The translations under genes and the position numbers were made by a program. Shown here in pieces: positions 25,135 through 38,310 of a stretch of DNA of 64,000 bases. A model generated the notes under the pieces. The model saw only the letters and a program-made list of their open reading frames with translations, did not search any database and was not told the DNA's origin. Source of the DNA: Cetorhinus maximus (taxonomy: Eukaryota); contig NW_027597550.1 in NCBI RefSeq assembly GCF_964194155.1, positions 1 through 64,000 on the forward strand. The letters run 5' to 3'. Position 1 is the stretch's first letter. Every line of letters starts with the position of its first letter.

Positions 25135-26005
25135 TTTGCTGATGAAACAAAACTAGGTGGGAATGTGAGTTGTGAGGAGGCTGCAAAGAGGCTTCAAGGG
25201 GATTTAGACAGGCTAAGTGAATGGGCAAAAACATGGCAGATGGAATACAATGTGAAGTTATCCACTTTGGTAGAAAAAAACAAGAAAGCCAGAGTGTTTC
25301 TTAAATGGTGAGAGGTTGGGAAGTGTTAATGTCCAAAGGGACCTGGGTGTCCTTGCTTATGAGTCACTAAAAGCTAGCAGGCAGGTGCAGCAAGCGGTTG
25401 GGAAGGCAAATGGCATGTTGGCCTTTACTGCAAGAGGATTTGAGTACAGGAGTAAAAATGTCTGGCTGCAATTGTATAGAGCCTTGGTGAGATTGCACCT
25501 GGAGTATTGTATACAGTTTTGGTCTCCTTATCCTTATAGAGGGAGTGCAACAGAGGTTCACCAGGCTAATCCCTGGGATGGCAGGATTGTTTTATGAGGA
25601 GAGATTGAGGAAACTAGGCCTGTATTCTCTAGAGTTTCGAAGAATGAGAGGTGATCTCATTGAAGCTTACAAAATTCTGATAGGGTGGATGTGGATAGGA
25701 TATCTCCCCTGGCTGGTGAGGCTAGAACATGGGGATATCGTTTCAGAATAAGGGGCAGGTCTTTTAGGACCGAGAGGAGGAGGAATTTCTTTACTCAGCG
25801 AGTGGTGAATCTTTGGAATTCTCTACCCCAGAGGGCTGTGGAAGCCCAATCATTGAGCATGTTCAAGACAGAAATTGATAGATTTTTGAATACTAATGAC
25901 ATCAAGGAATATGGGGATAGTGGGAAAAATGGCGTAGAGCTAGATGATCAGCCATGATCTGTTTGATCAATGGGCTGAATGGCCTACTCCTGCCCCTATT
26001 TCCTA
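25135..26005 (+). mobile_element. CR1 LINE RT and 3' end
   Basis: FADETKLGG, QRDLGV, LYRALVR.HLEYC and NFFTQRVVNLWNSLP motifs plus tail. Confidence 0.9.
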
Positions 26006-27338
26006 TGGACTCCAGCCCCCTTGAGGAAAAGGCTGGATCAATACAGAATGTATCTCTGAAGGGATGGGTTGTTAAATGGGGTGCAATGCTTATGTGGTGA
26101 ATAGGAAGGTTGTACGTGGGAGAATGACTGTCAGGAGAATTTTGAGGCAAATGATATGTTTGCACTGTTGAAATAAATTGATATATTAAAAATGCTTAAA
26201 ATTAACGAGTGATTTTTTTAAATGCAAAACTTCTAAATTTTCCAGAGTTGCCTACCTGGACTATTCTCTCCCCTGCCCCTGATATGCAGAACCAATTTCA
26301 TCCTTGCAATTTTTTGGTGTTTCGTCAAGCTTTCATGTTCTCCTGAAATGTCTTAGAAGAAAAACCTTCAAGTTGTAGCTCCATTTCAGTACAGTGCAAT
26401 GCACAGAGTCCAGTGTGATAGAGTGCAAGTTTGTGCCTATGATCTTGTGTGGCTACCTCTCAAATTCCAGCCATATTAATATGGAGAGGTGCCTATTCTT
26501 AGGGAGTCCCTACATTCTCTGATTTTACAATTAACTGATGCTCGAGAACTGATCAGTGGGTATGATGAGGCACTTAATAAAGTGGAAAGTGAATAATAAA
26601 TAACATTTTTGTAGCTAAGAAAAATAAAAATCTAGAACACATCCAGGGGTAAGTTTCTTGTTTTCGTCTCCTTCAATTTAGTCCAAGATATCGTTTTGAA
26701 TGTTCCATGGTTCTGTGTTCTGTATTGTTTATCCAAAGGTGTATGATTCTTCTAGAAGAGAACAATTGTGGTTATTGTTTATATCAACACCTGTGAAATG
26801 TACCACTATGTGCTTTGGACTTCAATATTTTCTTCTGTCTTACATTTTAGATGTTTTGTATATAACACAATCCATATTCCATTGGTGTGTGTTGACTCCA
26901 GGTTATCTCAACTTTAGTCATAAAAACAGGATAGTGGAAATCCTCAAGCTAAAAACCAATCACTCAACTGTGCCATTCAGATGATCTCAAGCAGTTTGTG
27001 TTGAACTCCAAAATTGGATTGTTCTCTTAAAATTTCCTTTACACATTTAAAAAAAAGCATAGTCTCCTTTCTCAATAACACTTACAGATGAAAGTCCGGG
27101 AGGCTATCAGTGACTGTATAATTTCTGAGTTAAAATATCTATGCATATTAACATCATGCACAGATATTCCCATAAGTGAACAACATAGACTAATTGTAAT
27201 AGAATTGGCTTATGTCTAGATTTGGATAGAGAAATATTATCCAGGGTTGCTGCTCCTGATTTCTATACAGTGATTTATCTGGAAACGTAATTGTATGCAG
27301 GGCTGCTGAGGATTGTGCACAAATGTGATGGATGCACT

Positions 27339-27992
27339 GGGCAGGATTTTCGGGTTGTCGGGCGGGCCGGCGAGCGGCTGGGAAACGGTCCGCCGCCTGC
27401 AATCGGCCCCCCGAACGCGATTTCACGCTGGCTGGCCAATTAACGGGCAGCCAGCATGATAGGCGTGCTGAGAAGTTCAGCACTGCCACGGTGGGATGGG
27501 AGGAGTGCGAGCGCAAAAGACTGCGCATGTGCGGGGGAGCGCACATTGAAAGCTCCCTGAAGGCAGGGAGCTGCCGCAGGGAGATGAAGAATACTAAAAT
27601 CAAAAATAAAGATTATGAAAATGTGCAAAACATGTCCCCACATAGGACTCACTGACATGAACATAAACGTTATAAAAAATTGTCAAAAAATATTTTTTTT
27701 TATAATTACTGTTGGAAACCTCATTCCGCCTGTGGATGTTTCCGAAAAAATCCAAAGGCTGCCTGGCCGATTCCCCCGCCCACCAACCGTAAGGTTGGAC
27801 AGGTGGTGAAAAATGGGTTTAAATTAATTGATTGATGGCCTTAAATAGGCCTCTTAATTGTCAGCGGGCACGCTGCTGATTCCACATGTGCCTGTCAACC
27901 GAAATATTGCACGAGTGCGCGATGACGTTGGGACACTTGCCAGACGTCATCGCACACTATTTTACTCCTGACTGGGATGTAAAATCCTGCCC
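27339..27992. mobile_element. PIF/Harbinger-like MITE (~654 bp)
   Basis: Perfect 12-bp TIR GGGCAGGATTTT/AAAATCCTGCCC, 3-bp TSD ACT, CpG-rich noncoding interior. Confidence 0.8.
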
Positions 27993-28705
27993 ACTATGTA
28001 GGCTTACAAAAGAATAGTGGCTGTTCCGGGTGTGTGGTATTTGGGTACGGTTGTGCTTATGAAACTATTCAAGGACGATTCAGCGTCTTCATGGGCGGAA
28101 GGAGGGTAAGTAGTTTCATCTCAGTGTTGAGATGAAATTTCCTGCTGTAATTTAGCAGAAACCCTGGAGAATTGGTGTAAATTCTATCCCAAATCATCAA
28201 TCCTTTTTCCAAAAGGGCAATTATTTTGTTGTAATAAGTCTTACATCAGGCTTATATTAAATGAAGTTTTTAAGATTTTTTTTGTTCTCATCCGAAGATG
28301 AAATGAAATCATTGACACGAGACAATACACATTATGGATCTTATAATTTATGACCTGGTAGGTGCATTGAGCTTTAACAACATTTAAGATCCTGCAATAT
28401 TAGATTCAGTTTTTACATAAATTACAGAATCATTCATCACTGTATGAGGTATGAATATAGCTATCCAAATACACCTTTGCTGTTCTCTAATAATCATCAT
28501 CTAATAAATCATGCGTGTCATTATTTCTAGGTTGCTACTTCCCCTTCCCTGTGACACTGCAATAAACCTTCCATGTGGCCTCGGGTTCAACCGGTGGTTT
28601 GTACTTAGCTGATCTCAGCCAGGGTGGCAGGACGGGCACCATAATCGGTCTTGACAGCCATTATTCTGGGAGTAGGGAGGGCAAAGAGGAGAAAACTTGA
28701 TAAGT

Positions 28706-29725
28706 CTATAGAAATTTATGTGGCAATACAGAGATTGGTATACTGGTTCCTGATAACAGTGGTGGCCCTGGCTGTGGGATCACAGGGAGAATGTCTCTCC
28801 CTGCGACATTCCTTTGTCTTATTCTGCTTGAATGTTTATTGCTTGGGGCACTGTGACTGAAAGTAGATTTACTGAAGTCGTCTTGCTTAAAGTTCTTTGT
28901 GTGCTGTTTTGTTATTTTCGAGGGCTGCACCCTTACGCTGTGGCACTCCACTACTTTGGAGGCTGGGGCACCATTGATGACCAGGTTCTCGTGGCCTTGC
29001 ATCAAAGAATATTGCCAGCACCAATGATTCATGGTGTTCAGGAAGGGAATCCTTGTCAATCTAACAGGAGCAGAAGTTCCAACCTTCTGGATCTTGCTGA
29101 CCTGTAACATGGCCATGTTACAAGCACGGGCTCTAATGCACATATTGTCTTTGTTGTCATTGTGCTTCGACACTACACTCACAGTTTGCAGATCTCGGTT
29201 GCCACTTTGTATACCCAAACAAAACGTTCTCCTCGTTTTGAAACCTGAGACAAACATTTCATCGCAATTGGCCATTTTTACAGGCGGCAGCGCTGAGAAG
29301 TGTTTTTTTACTGGGGTCTGTTGATCGGGGCCAATGATAATCTTGCACTCTGTTCCCTGAGATGGGTTGATTTCAGTCTCTGTCTTGTTGTCTTGGACGT
29401 GGATTTCTTGAGTCACTTCGCCTGTTTGCCTCTGTAAAGCTGTAGAACTGTATGGCTGCAACTTAGTTTGTGGAACAGTAGGAGTTGTTCTCTCCGCAGA
29501 GGGGTTAGTATTCTTCCCTGTGAAATTAGGCATCGTTGTACTGTTGGATGATTTGGACGAAGGGCCAGATTGGTCAACATCTTGGACAGTTTTCCTTTCC
29601 GACACGGGCACCATTTCTGCACAGAACACACAGTGGCTCCCATTCTTCTCCTCTTTTCTTGATTTCTTTGACTTCTTCAGAGTATGGAGGGAGGAGTAGG
29701 AGTTGTCCCTTCTCCAACCATGCAC
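28706..29725 (-). CDS. C16orf46: C16orf46 homolog, terminal coding exon
   Basis: Acceptor ttttttatAG|GTG CAT GGT TGG (VHGWRR), then HCVFC, ALPPVK and C-terminal SIPISVLPHKFL*. These match recalled human VQGWGR, DCLVC, VLPPLK and IPVSTHRIL. ATMIN-adjacent, opposite-strand synteny as in human. Confidence 0.85.
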   Translation of the reverse strand: MHGWRRDNSYSSLHTLKKSKKSRKEEKNGSHCVFCAEMVPVSERKTVQDVDQSGPSSKSSNSTTMPNFTGKNTNPSAERTTPTVPQTKLQPYSSTALQRQTGEVTQEIHVQDNKTETEINPSQGTECKIIIGPDQQTPVKKHFSALPPVKMANCDEMFVSGFKTRRTFCLGIQSGNRDLQTVSVVSKHNDNKDNMCIRARACNMAMLQVSKIQKVGTSAPVRLTRIPFLNTMNHWCWQYSLMQGHENLVINGAPASKVVECHSVRVQPSKITKQHTKNFKQDDFSKSTFSHSAPSNKHSSRIRQRNVAGRDILPVIPQPGPPLLSGTSIPISVLPHKFL

Positions 29726-30847
29726 CTATAAAAAAGAAAACCTTTCAAAATTACATTTTCCAAGGTGGTAAATGACTATAGCCTAAAGAGCCTACGACAT
29801 GAAAACATTCCTTATTTCATTTTGCACATGCGTAAACAAGTAATGAGAAAGTTTAAACATTTCTATATTGATCAGTGTCTAATCATGTGTAACCATTACT
29901 CCAAGCTGCTATGTAATGGAATTTAATGACCAACTTCTTCCATTTAGAACCAATTTGTGATGAATGGTGGATCTCAATTCTTTCTATTTTAATATCACAA
30001 AGTGTTTAATGCCTTTTCCAATTACATGGACAAAGTTTAGTGAATCTCTGCAGAATAATGTTACGTATCACACACAGGTCAGGACAGCACCCCCTTAGCC
30101 TGAGTCAGCTGGAGTTTATAAATGTGAAATTGAGTTTTAAAAAAAAAACACTTGATTTTCAGCTTAGTTCCCAGATCGCCACAAGCATTCTTGGCATTGG
30201 TAGCAGCATGGAATCATACAACATGAAAGGAGACCATTCAGCCAATGTGCTTGTGCTAGCTCTTTGAAAGAATTATGTAATTGGCCCTACTGCCCTGCTC
30301 GTTCCCTATTCCCTTTTGAAAGTTACTATTGAATCTGCTTCCATTTTCCTTTCAGGTTCTGCATTTCAAGTCAGAACTAATTATGTGAAAAAACTTCTTC
30401 TCTCCCCTCTGGTTCTTTTGTCAATTACCTTAAACACAGCAGAAGCAAACTTCAATATAAAGTCCATTTGAAAATAGCCCTAAGACATTAAAACAATTAC
30501 TCTTCCTTAGTCATTTATACATCCTATGAAAATTAGGCACGTTTTAAAAAAATTAATCCTACCATGCAATTTAGATTTCTATCTCTGAGTTTTCCCACAA
30601 TTATTGGCTCTTAACTTCCCTGTAATTATTTGTGGAAAATAATTTATTCCCTTCCATTATATGAATATTCTACAATAACTGTGCCACACAGCTAAATATA
30701 ATGTCAATGCGCTCAAAATTATGTAAAATAGAAATGTTTTGACACAAAGATATAAATGCCAGTACTTTAACTTAAACTGCTTCCATCATATCTAATACAG
30801 CCCTTTTTTTCAATATTTATTAAACAGTTAGAAATTTATAGTATAGG

Positions 30848-31210
30848 GGAGACAGTGGCGTAATGGTAATCTCATTGGGTTTGTAATCCAGTGGCCCAGG
30901 CTAATGCTCTGAAAACATGGAGTTCAAATTCAATTAATAAAAATCTGGAATTGAAAGCTAGTCTCAGTAATGGTAACTATGAAACTGTCATTGATTGTCA
31001 TAAAAACCCATCTGGTTCACTAATGTCCTTTTGGGAAGAAATCTGTCATCCTTACCCAGTCTGGTCTACATGTGACACTGGATCCACAGCAATGTAGGTG
31101 ACTCTTAACTGCCCTCTGGAATAGCCTAGCAAATCACTCACTTCAAGGGCAATTCTGGGACCACAAATGCTGGCCTTGCCAGCACTACCTACATCCCATG
31201 AAACAATGAA
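30848..31210 (+). mobile_element. SINE family A
   Basis: tRNA-like head GACAGTGGCGTAATGGT, body and CATCCCATGAA tail. Confidence 0.8.
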
Positions 31211-31457
31211 TTAGAAAAATTATAGACTATACATTTCCACTGCAGATCTCAGACCACATCTGTACAAAGCATGCATGTGGTATACCTGCTATCCATTGCA
31301 CCCTGCTGAGCAACAAAGGAATTCTATGTGCACACGCAAAGCTGCAGTTGGTTTAATTTTAATATCACTCAGCGATATTCCACTTTCGGTACATTTTTAA
31401 AGCTTAAGTTTGCTCTGAGTCAGAGTTACACTGCACTGTTTGTGAAACTGAAACAGA

Positions 31458-32113
31458 GGGTAGAATTTTCCCCCCGTCTGGGGTGGGGGATGTTCTGCGG
31501 GGGCAGCCGCACCCCTGATTGGGTCTGCGCCACCATTTTACATGGGCGGGCCAATTAAGGCGCACCCAGCGTGATGCACTCCCTGTGCGGGCGGTGGGGT
31601 GATTGTGGGGGGGTGCCCACAGGCTTCCCTGAGTCGGGAGTGCGCTGCGAAAGAGCACAGAAATCTCCCTGAGGCACAGAGGTGTCTCAGGGAGATTAGT
31701 TTAAAGTTTCTAAAGTTTAATAATGGAGGAAAAAATCTTTAGACCATGTCCCCTCATGTGAAACTGTCACATGAGCTGGGACATGTGTATTAATTTTATT
31801 AAAACTTTTCCAAGATTTCAAAAACCTTCATGAAACCTCATCCCGCCCGTGAATGAGGTTCCATGAAAAATGTGAAGGCCGCCTGGGCTCTTCGCCTGCC
31901 CCCCGCCAACCTTAAGGTTGGACGGGCAGCTTTCTCAATCGGCTTAATTAATTCATTAATGGCCTTAACAGGCCGTTGACAGTTCGGCGAGCGCACAGCC
32001 GAGTCGCCCACCGAACTGAAAATCTAAATGATGCACGCCCAACGTCACCCAGCGTCATTTTATGCCTCAGCGAGCAGGCCCTTCCCCTGCTCACCAAGCC
32101 GAAAGTTTTCGCC
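31458..32113. mobile_element. PIF/Harbinger-like MITE (~656 bp), relative of 27339-27992
   Basis: Imperfect TIR GGGTAGAATTTTC/GAAAGTTTTCGCC, TSD AGA, collinear internal blocks (GGCCAATTAA, CATGTCCCC, AAACCTCAT.CCGCC.GTG, AAGGTTGGAC). Confidence 0.75.
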
Positions 32114-33754
32114 AGAGACTATCATGACTTTGATAACATTCCACTCAATTTTAGAATGTTTGGGAGCCAGAGTATTTTCTAGTAATATCATTTTAACATC
32201 AATGTCAGTTCAAAGTTGATGGTGAAATGCCACAGTAAAATTTTCCTACTGCAGCCTAGCAATTATGTGGAAAACATTGCCTGAGACTCTAATAAATAAG
32301 GAGGAGAATTTAATTCTAAATTCCAGATGTTAAGGATGAAACACTTAAACAATGGTCTTGCACTTCAGGGCACTAACTAGATCCGTGAAGTTGTTAGTCT
32401 ATCAAAAACATGTCGCTGTACATTTATAAGATGAAATAAATTTGTTTGATAATAAAACAGATTTTTAAAAAAACAAATAGTTGATTTTGTTACTACACAG
32501 CGTATATTATCCAAGATAAAACATTAAATGTAATGGCAAAAGTAATTTCCTTTTGGTAGACTTTTCTTAGATAAGGATGGAGTTAACTCCATCCACCAAC
32601 TTTAAGACACAAATTAGCTATGATCTCACTGGCAGAACATGCTTGACGGACTGAACGGTCCCTGTGTTCTGCTTTACCACCAGTTGAATAACAACGAGCA
32701 ATTTGGGAGAAGGAGTCACTGCAATGAGATTTACATTTCTCATTAGAGATTGACTCTTTTGACTGGCCAGGTGCAGCACGGGCAATTTATCAAGTGTCTC
32801 TTTATATCACTGCCAAAAACATAAAAGCAAAGAATGAATATATCTCGAGCAGCTGTTAGCAGGCAACAGCTGAAATTATGGCTTTCTAAAGGGAATTGGG
32901 TAAACGCCTAAAGAGAAAAAAGTGCTGAGCTACGGGGAAAGGGTGGGGGAGTGGGACTAGCAGAGTTGTTCTTGCATAGACACAAAGGGCTGAGTGGTCT
33001 GTGCTGTAACCATGCTATGATTCTTACTCCAAACCAGCATTGTTTTAAAAATACACATCATATTCCCACTCGCAAACTAAAGCCCTCCCTAAAAGTATTT
33101 TTGTTAAAAGCAGTGTGGGCACATGAAGCCATTACACTTGTTACAGAAACAAAACCATTTCAAAAAAGCTTTGATCAGTATTTTTGAATCTCCAAAGTTT
33201 TCTGACCAAACAGCTGAATGACCTGAAGATATTTTTATTTAAAATTCGACATACACTTCCACTTTAAGGTTATCAACTTTAGCACCAATTAATATGTTTC
33301 GCATTAACACTGTATAATGCTCATCTTGCTGTGAGCAACACCAAGGGGGATCTGTAGGTAGTATGTTTAAAACGCTACACCCGTGTGTTTATGTGTAGAC
33401 ATCACTCTATTATGAATGCAAAACAAACTTAAAATGCTGTTTGCTCCTAAACTGCATCTTGAAAGTGATGAGCGGATTCTAATTTTGCAATTCCCTGATT
33501 AAACTGAGACTACAGCCACAGTTTACTTCAACTATTACACTTTAGTTCCAAGTGTTTTAAGGCCACACAGACACATATCTTTTACTCAGTCATCCCTCCT
33601 AATCTCTCCCATCCTGGCGTGGCTCCCATTCTGGATTTGGCCGACCATGTTCACAGATCGCACTAAAAGTTTGTGCACCTGTACAATCGGGTACACGGTG
33701 GGGGGGTGGGGGGCGTGGTTGTGATACCAAAGTGAGGAAGTTGTGCTTCAGTTA

Positions 33755-34450
33755 GACAGGGCCTTGGTGAGACCCCACCTGGGGTACAGGGCTCTGTTTT
33801 CAACACACAACCCTTGGAATGATATGCTGGCCTTGGAAGGGGTACAGCACAGTTTCACCAGAATGATACAAAAGCAAAATGCTGCAGATGCTGGTAATCT
33901 GAAATAAAAACAGAAAATGCTGGAAATACTCAGCAAGTCAGGCAGCATCTGTAGAGACAGAACCAGAGTTAACGTTTCAGGTTAATGATGTTTGATGAAA
34001 GATCACCTCCACAGCTGCTGCTTCACCAGAATGATATCAGGAACTCTAGGGGTTAAATTAGGACAGATTGCATAAACGTGGTTCATATTCCCTTGAGTTT
34101 AGAAGGCTGAGGAGTGATTAAATTGAGGTGTTTGAAATGATTGTTACAAAGTAATTCCTCTAGTGGGGGAATCCAGGCCGAGGGGACTCAAAGTTAGAAC
34201 TGGGCCATTTGGGAGGGCAAACAGGAAACATTTTTTTTTAAGAAGGATAGTGAAAATCTGAAACTTTCTCCCAAAAGGCTGTGAATTCTGGGTCAAAAGA
34301 GATTTTCAAGACTGAGATCGATAGTGTTTTGATTCATAAGGGTATAAAGGGATACAGAAAAAAAAGGTGGGTAGACAGAGATCAGGTGTAAATCAGCCAT
34401 GATCTAATTGAATGGCAGAACAGGCTTGAGGGGCTGAATGGCCTACTCCT
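33755..34450 (+). mobile_element. CR1 3' fragment with nested PLE piece
   Basis: RALVRPHL, ALEGVQ and CR1 tail GATCTAATTGAATGGCAG...GAATGGCCTACTCCTG. Confidence 0.8.
33869..34021 (-). mobile_element. Penelope-like terminal fragment (second subfamily) nested in CR1
   Basis: 15-bp TSD TTCACCAGAATGATA at 33854-33868 and 34022-34036; PLE terminus plus a short inverted piece. Confidence 0.8.
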
Positions 34451-35339
34451 GTTGGTTTCAAAGAGTTGGGTCTCTTAGCTACAGAAAACTGTACAGTTTC
34501 TGGAGATCTGATTGAAGTATTTAAAGTCGTGCGGGGACTAAAGTCATGTCCCACGCGTGTAGACTATTTGATTCAGATAGGTTCAGGAGAATCCAGGGGT
34601 ATATGTGTCAGTTATATTAATTTAGATGTCATGGGGTGTTCTTTTTGCAAAGGGTCAGTGGTCTTTGGAAGAAGATTGCAGATTATATCACTGCATAAAA
34701 AGGTAGGTGGGATATTGTGTGATCAACTTCTGGGGCACCAGTCTCCTGAAACTTGTTTTGGTTACCAGGTAGGAATTTCCCACATTTGTTTCTCTTTTAA
34801 CCATGACTTAAATTTGGGCTTTTTGTTTTTTTTAGAAGCTTTTTTCTTTAAAGAAGTCTTTTTTGCTGCTACCTGGAGCTAACCTGGCTGATGAGGACCA
34901 TTGAGCTCAGAAGGTTTTTTTTTTGTGCTTTTATACTTCAGTCCATCATTACAGGTTAGGCTGAGCTGGGTATGGGAAACAAGGTCAGTCACAACGTCAC
35001 TGGATTGCTGTCAAAGAAAGTGAAGACCAATTTCTCAGCTGTTGGCTGGAATAATGGATGTTTCATGGGGAACATCAACCAAAAAGAAGCCAAGTGTCAC
35101 CAGCTTGAAAACAAACTCCTTTCGTGCTGCCAGAGTCCCTGGTAACAGCCCCAAACTGACAAAATAAGTGATGTTGAGGCGCTGGGGGCTGGGGAAGTTG
35201 GGGTTGGTGGGTCAGAAGATTGAAACCTGAGCAGGGGGACTGGGACTAACTGGGCACTTGACAGAAAACCTGTATGGTACCAATGGGCCAAATGGCCTCC
35301 TTCTGTGCTGTAATGACTTTATGATGATTATTTTACAGA

Positions 35340-36050
35340 TGTGACTATAGCATGATTAGTCTTGCAAAAGTCAGTGATTATTAATTATATTAAAGGATGT
35401 AAAAATGTGGTGGTGGGGTGGGCGGGGGAGGTGGTGCTCTGCATGGATGAGAGGTGTAAACGAGTTCAGGAGAAACTCCAAGGACGAACCAGCGGTTGAT
35501 TCAGAGGGTATAGACACGTATAATTGAGATTTTTACCCAAGGTATACGCAGAGTAATATAACTCTGTTATACCTTAAACTTTTGCTCAGATATCGTAATG
35601 TACCAAGTCTTGCTTGAGCTGAATAAAGTTTAATCACTGCCACCATTATGGGTCAACACTGAATCATTGGATGTGAGGGTTTATCAACAGCTACCATATT
35701 GGCGACTCAGGTGGGACATCAATGGGCAGTTGATTTTGTTTTTAATTATTTAGTGAAAATGAAGTCTTGGGACTGGTGTGGTTAACGTGATGTAGCCAGT
35801 GAAGGAAAGGACAGTTAGGGATCAAGGGAAGCTTTGGGGGTGTCAGACCCTGCAATCTCGGTGGTGTTGGCGATAGAATACTGAGAATGACAATCTTGAC
35901 AGAGGTTCAGCAAGCCAGAGTAAAGAAATTTGACAAATTGTGTGGCAGAAACTGCTCAGATCAAGTCTTGCTCGTGCCAAATAAAATTTGATCGCTGCCA
36001 CCAACATGGGTTAACGTTGAACCATTGGATATCAGAGTTTATCACAAGCT
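35340..36050 (+). mobile_element. LTR retroelement remnant (LTR, PBS, short internal segment, partial second LTR)
   Basis: Diverged direct repeats at 35583-35693 and 35953-36050, each with AATAAA; PBS-like TGGCGACTCAGGTGGGAC at 35700-35717. Left boundary is uncertain. Confidence 0.6.
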
Positions 36051-36249
36051 AATCAAAGTTCAAATGTACTACAATTCACAAACAACATGGTGGTCAATGC
36101 AACATGATGGTCTGGGGCAGGCTTTATGGATCAGCTGGTCTTTTCCTGCCATTAGATATGGAGCACGGCCAGTTAATAGAGGGTCTGGAGGGTGCCAATG
36201 CCTATGGAACTCCAGCCCAACATCAGTTAATATGGGAAGGAGAAAGTAA

Positions 36250-36650
36250 TAAGAAATAGGAGCAGAAGTAGGCTCAGGTCTGCTCCGCCATTTAATAAGA
36301 TCACAGCTGAACTTCTACGTCAACTCCACTTTCCCACCCTATTCTTTAATTCCCTTAGTGCCCAAAAATCTATCAACCTCGTCCGTGAATGTACACAATG
36401 ACTGAGCATCCACAGCCCTCTGTGGTAGAGAATTCCAGAGATTCACAACCCTCTGACCGAAGGAATTTCTCCTCATCTCAGTTCTAAATGACTGGCCCAT
36501 TATCTTGAAACTATGCTCCCCTAGCGCTAGACTTTCCAGCAAGGGGCATCAGCCACTCCGCACCTATCCTATCAAAAGAATGTTATGCGTTTCAAGGAAA
36601 TTACCCCTCATTCTTCTAAACTCTGGAGAATATAGGCCCATTTTACTTTA
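36250..36650 (-). mobile_element. CR1 3' fragment
   Basis: - strand FRTEMRRNSFGQRVVNLWNSLPQRAV and CR1 tail. Confidence 0.85.
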
Positions 36651-36800
36651 TCTCCATTTAAAATGTCCCATAAACATTTATAAGTAAGGCAAATAAAGGG
36701 AAGTCAGGAACCATGTTAGATATTTTCTTCACAATTAAAATGCAATCTAATTAGTCAAATTTAACAGAAAATTCTGAAGGGAAAAGGTTGAACTACTTAC

Positions 36801-37019
36801 TGCGTCATCCCATCCATTACAGAGGATGAACTGATCCATTTGCTTTTGGTCGTCCTCATAGATTTCCTCACTGACTCTGATAAGAACATCTATGAGTTTT
36901 CTTTCAGATTCCCAGGAATGGATAAAATGGGTGGGACTCATCGCCACTTTATTGTCACTTTCGGGGGTATTGGAAAATGTTCTTTCACAGCCGACCATGT
37001 CTCCCTCCTGGACTTTCAT
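36801..37019 (-). CDS. C16orf46: C16orf46 homolog, first coding exon (73 codons)
   Basis: ATG at 37019; ends ...QFILCNGWDDA|GTaagt in phase 0, joining VHGWRR (human FIIGTGWEEA|VQGWGR). Acceptor ttcgttcgacAG puts the exon start at 37051. Joined protein is 412 aa. Confidence 0.88.
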
Positions 37020-37519
37020 TTTCTAAGTGTGGTTTTCACCAGATTATTTATCTGTCGAACGAAGTGAAGCTTGCAGCTAATGCCTTAAGTTAATAACATT
37101 CAAGTTAAAGCAAAGTCATTAAATATTAAATGAGACATCCTATTTACTATTTAATGACGTTGCTTCACATACAGTTACTATCATTTACTCCACTTTTAAA
37201 GGAGAATGCCCCCTCCAAAGCGGTAAGCATTTTTGTTTGCAATCATACAGAATAGGATGATGTAAATCACGAGGCTGCACCACATCCATCAAAGATTCAA
37301 ATGTTTTCAAAACCAAATATATACACTTACACTGTTAGCTCTGTTTGGCCAAATAATACTATGTAATGCATAATGTATATCATGCTGTCGACATACAATA
37401 TATCATCTGACTAAGTTGGCATTGGCAGTGCCACAGGATATCTGCTAATACATTTGTATAGGAATTGTTAGACAAGAAAAGATCAAGGTCTGGCTAGTTC
37501 ACCTTCTATGTAAGTACAT

Positions 37520-38310
37520 ACGGTCTGGGAGGCAAGGGAGTGGAGGTGGAGATAGGGAGGAAATAGAGGAGAGAGCAATTATAAATGGTTTTGTCTGTGG
37601 TGACCATCGACAACAAAAAGCCATAAGTCAAATTCCCAGGAACCGAACAAGAATTAGGGTGAGTGCTTAGTTGTAGTTTTGGGAGTTCATGGAATCATTG
37701 GCAAGGGTTCGGAGCCTGTAGTGGAACCAAAGAGGAAAGCTTTGCTTTTCCCAACGTTTAATTGGAGGAACTTGATGCTCATTCAAGGATGGTATTGGAT
37801 AAGATGCCTAGCAACACAGAGGTGGCAAGAGGGGTTGAGAAGATTGGAGGAGAGGTAGAGCTGGCTGTTGTCAGCATGCATTTGGAAGCAATGAAGTTGC
37901 CAAGGTTCAGCATGTAAACGAAGGGGCCAAGTATTGACAAGGACACTAGAGATAACGTTGTGAAAGCAGGAAGAGAAACCATTGCTGGAGAAGCTCTGGC
38001 CAAAATAAGACAGCTAACTAGAATTAAGGCAGTCCCATTGAGTTGGTAAATAGAGGAAAGGTGTTGAAGGAGGCTGTTTTGATTGACCATGTTAAAGACA
38101 GCAGAGGGGTCAAGGAGGGCAAGAAGGGATGGTACACCACGGTCAGAGATACAACATCATTTGTGAAATGGATCAGAGCCACTTGGTGGGCCAGAACTTG
38201 ATTGAAGAGATCAAACATGGAGTTACAGGAAAAATGGGCACTGAGTTGCGAGGCAACAATAGTTTGAAGAGGAAAAGAAACTTGAAGACGTGGGAGTAAC
38301 CTGCAAGGAC
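37520..38310 (-). mobile_element. L2-clade LINE ORF2 fragment (old)
   Basis: Degenerate - strand RT remnants (SILGP, ADNSQLYLS-like) in a purine-rich + strand tract. Confidence 0.6.
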
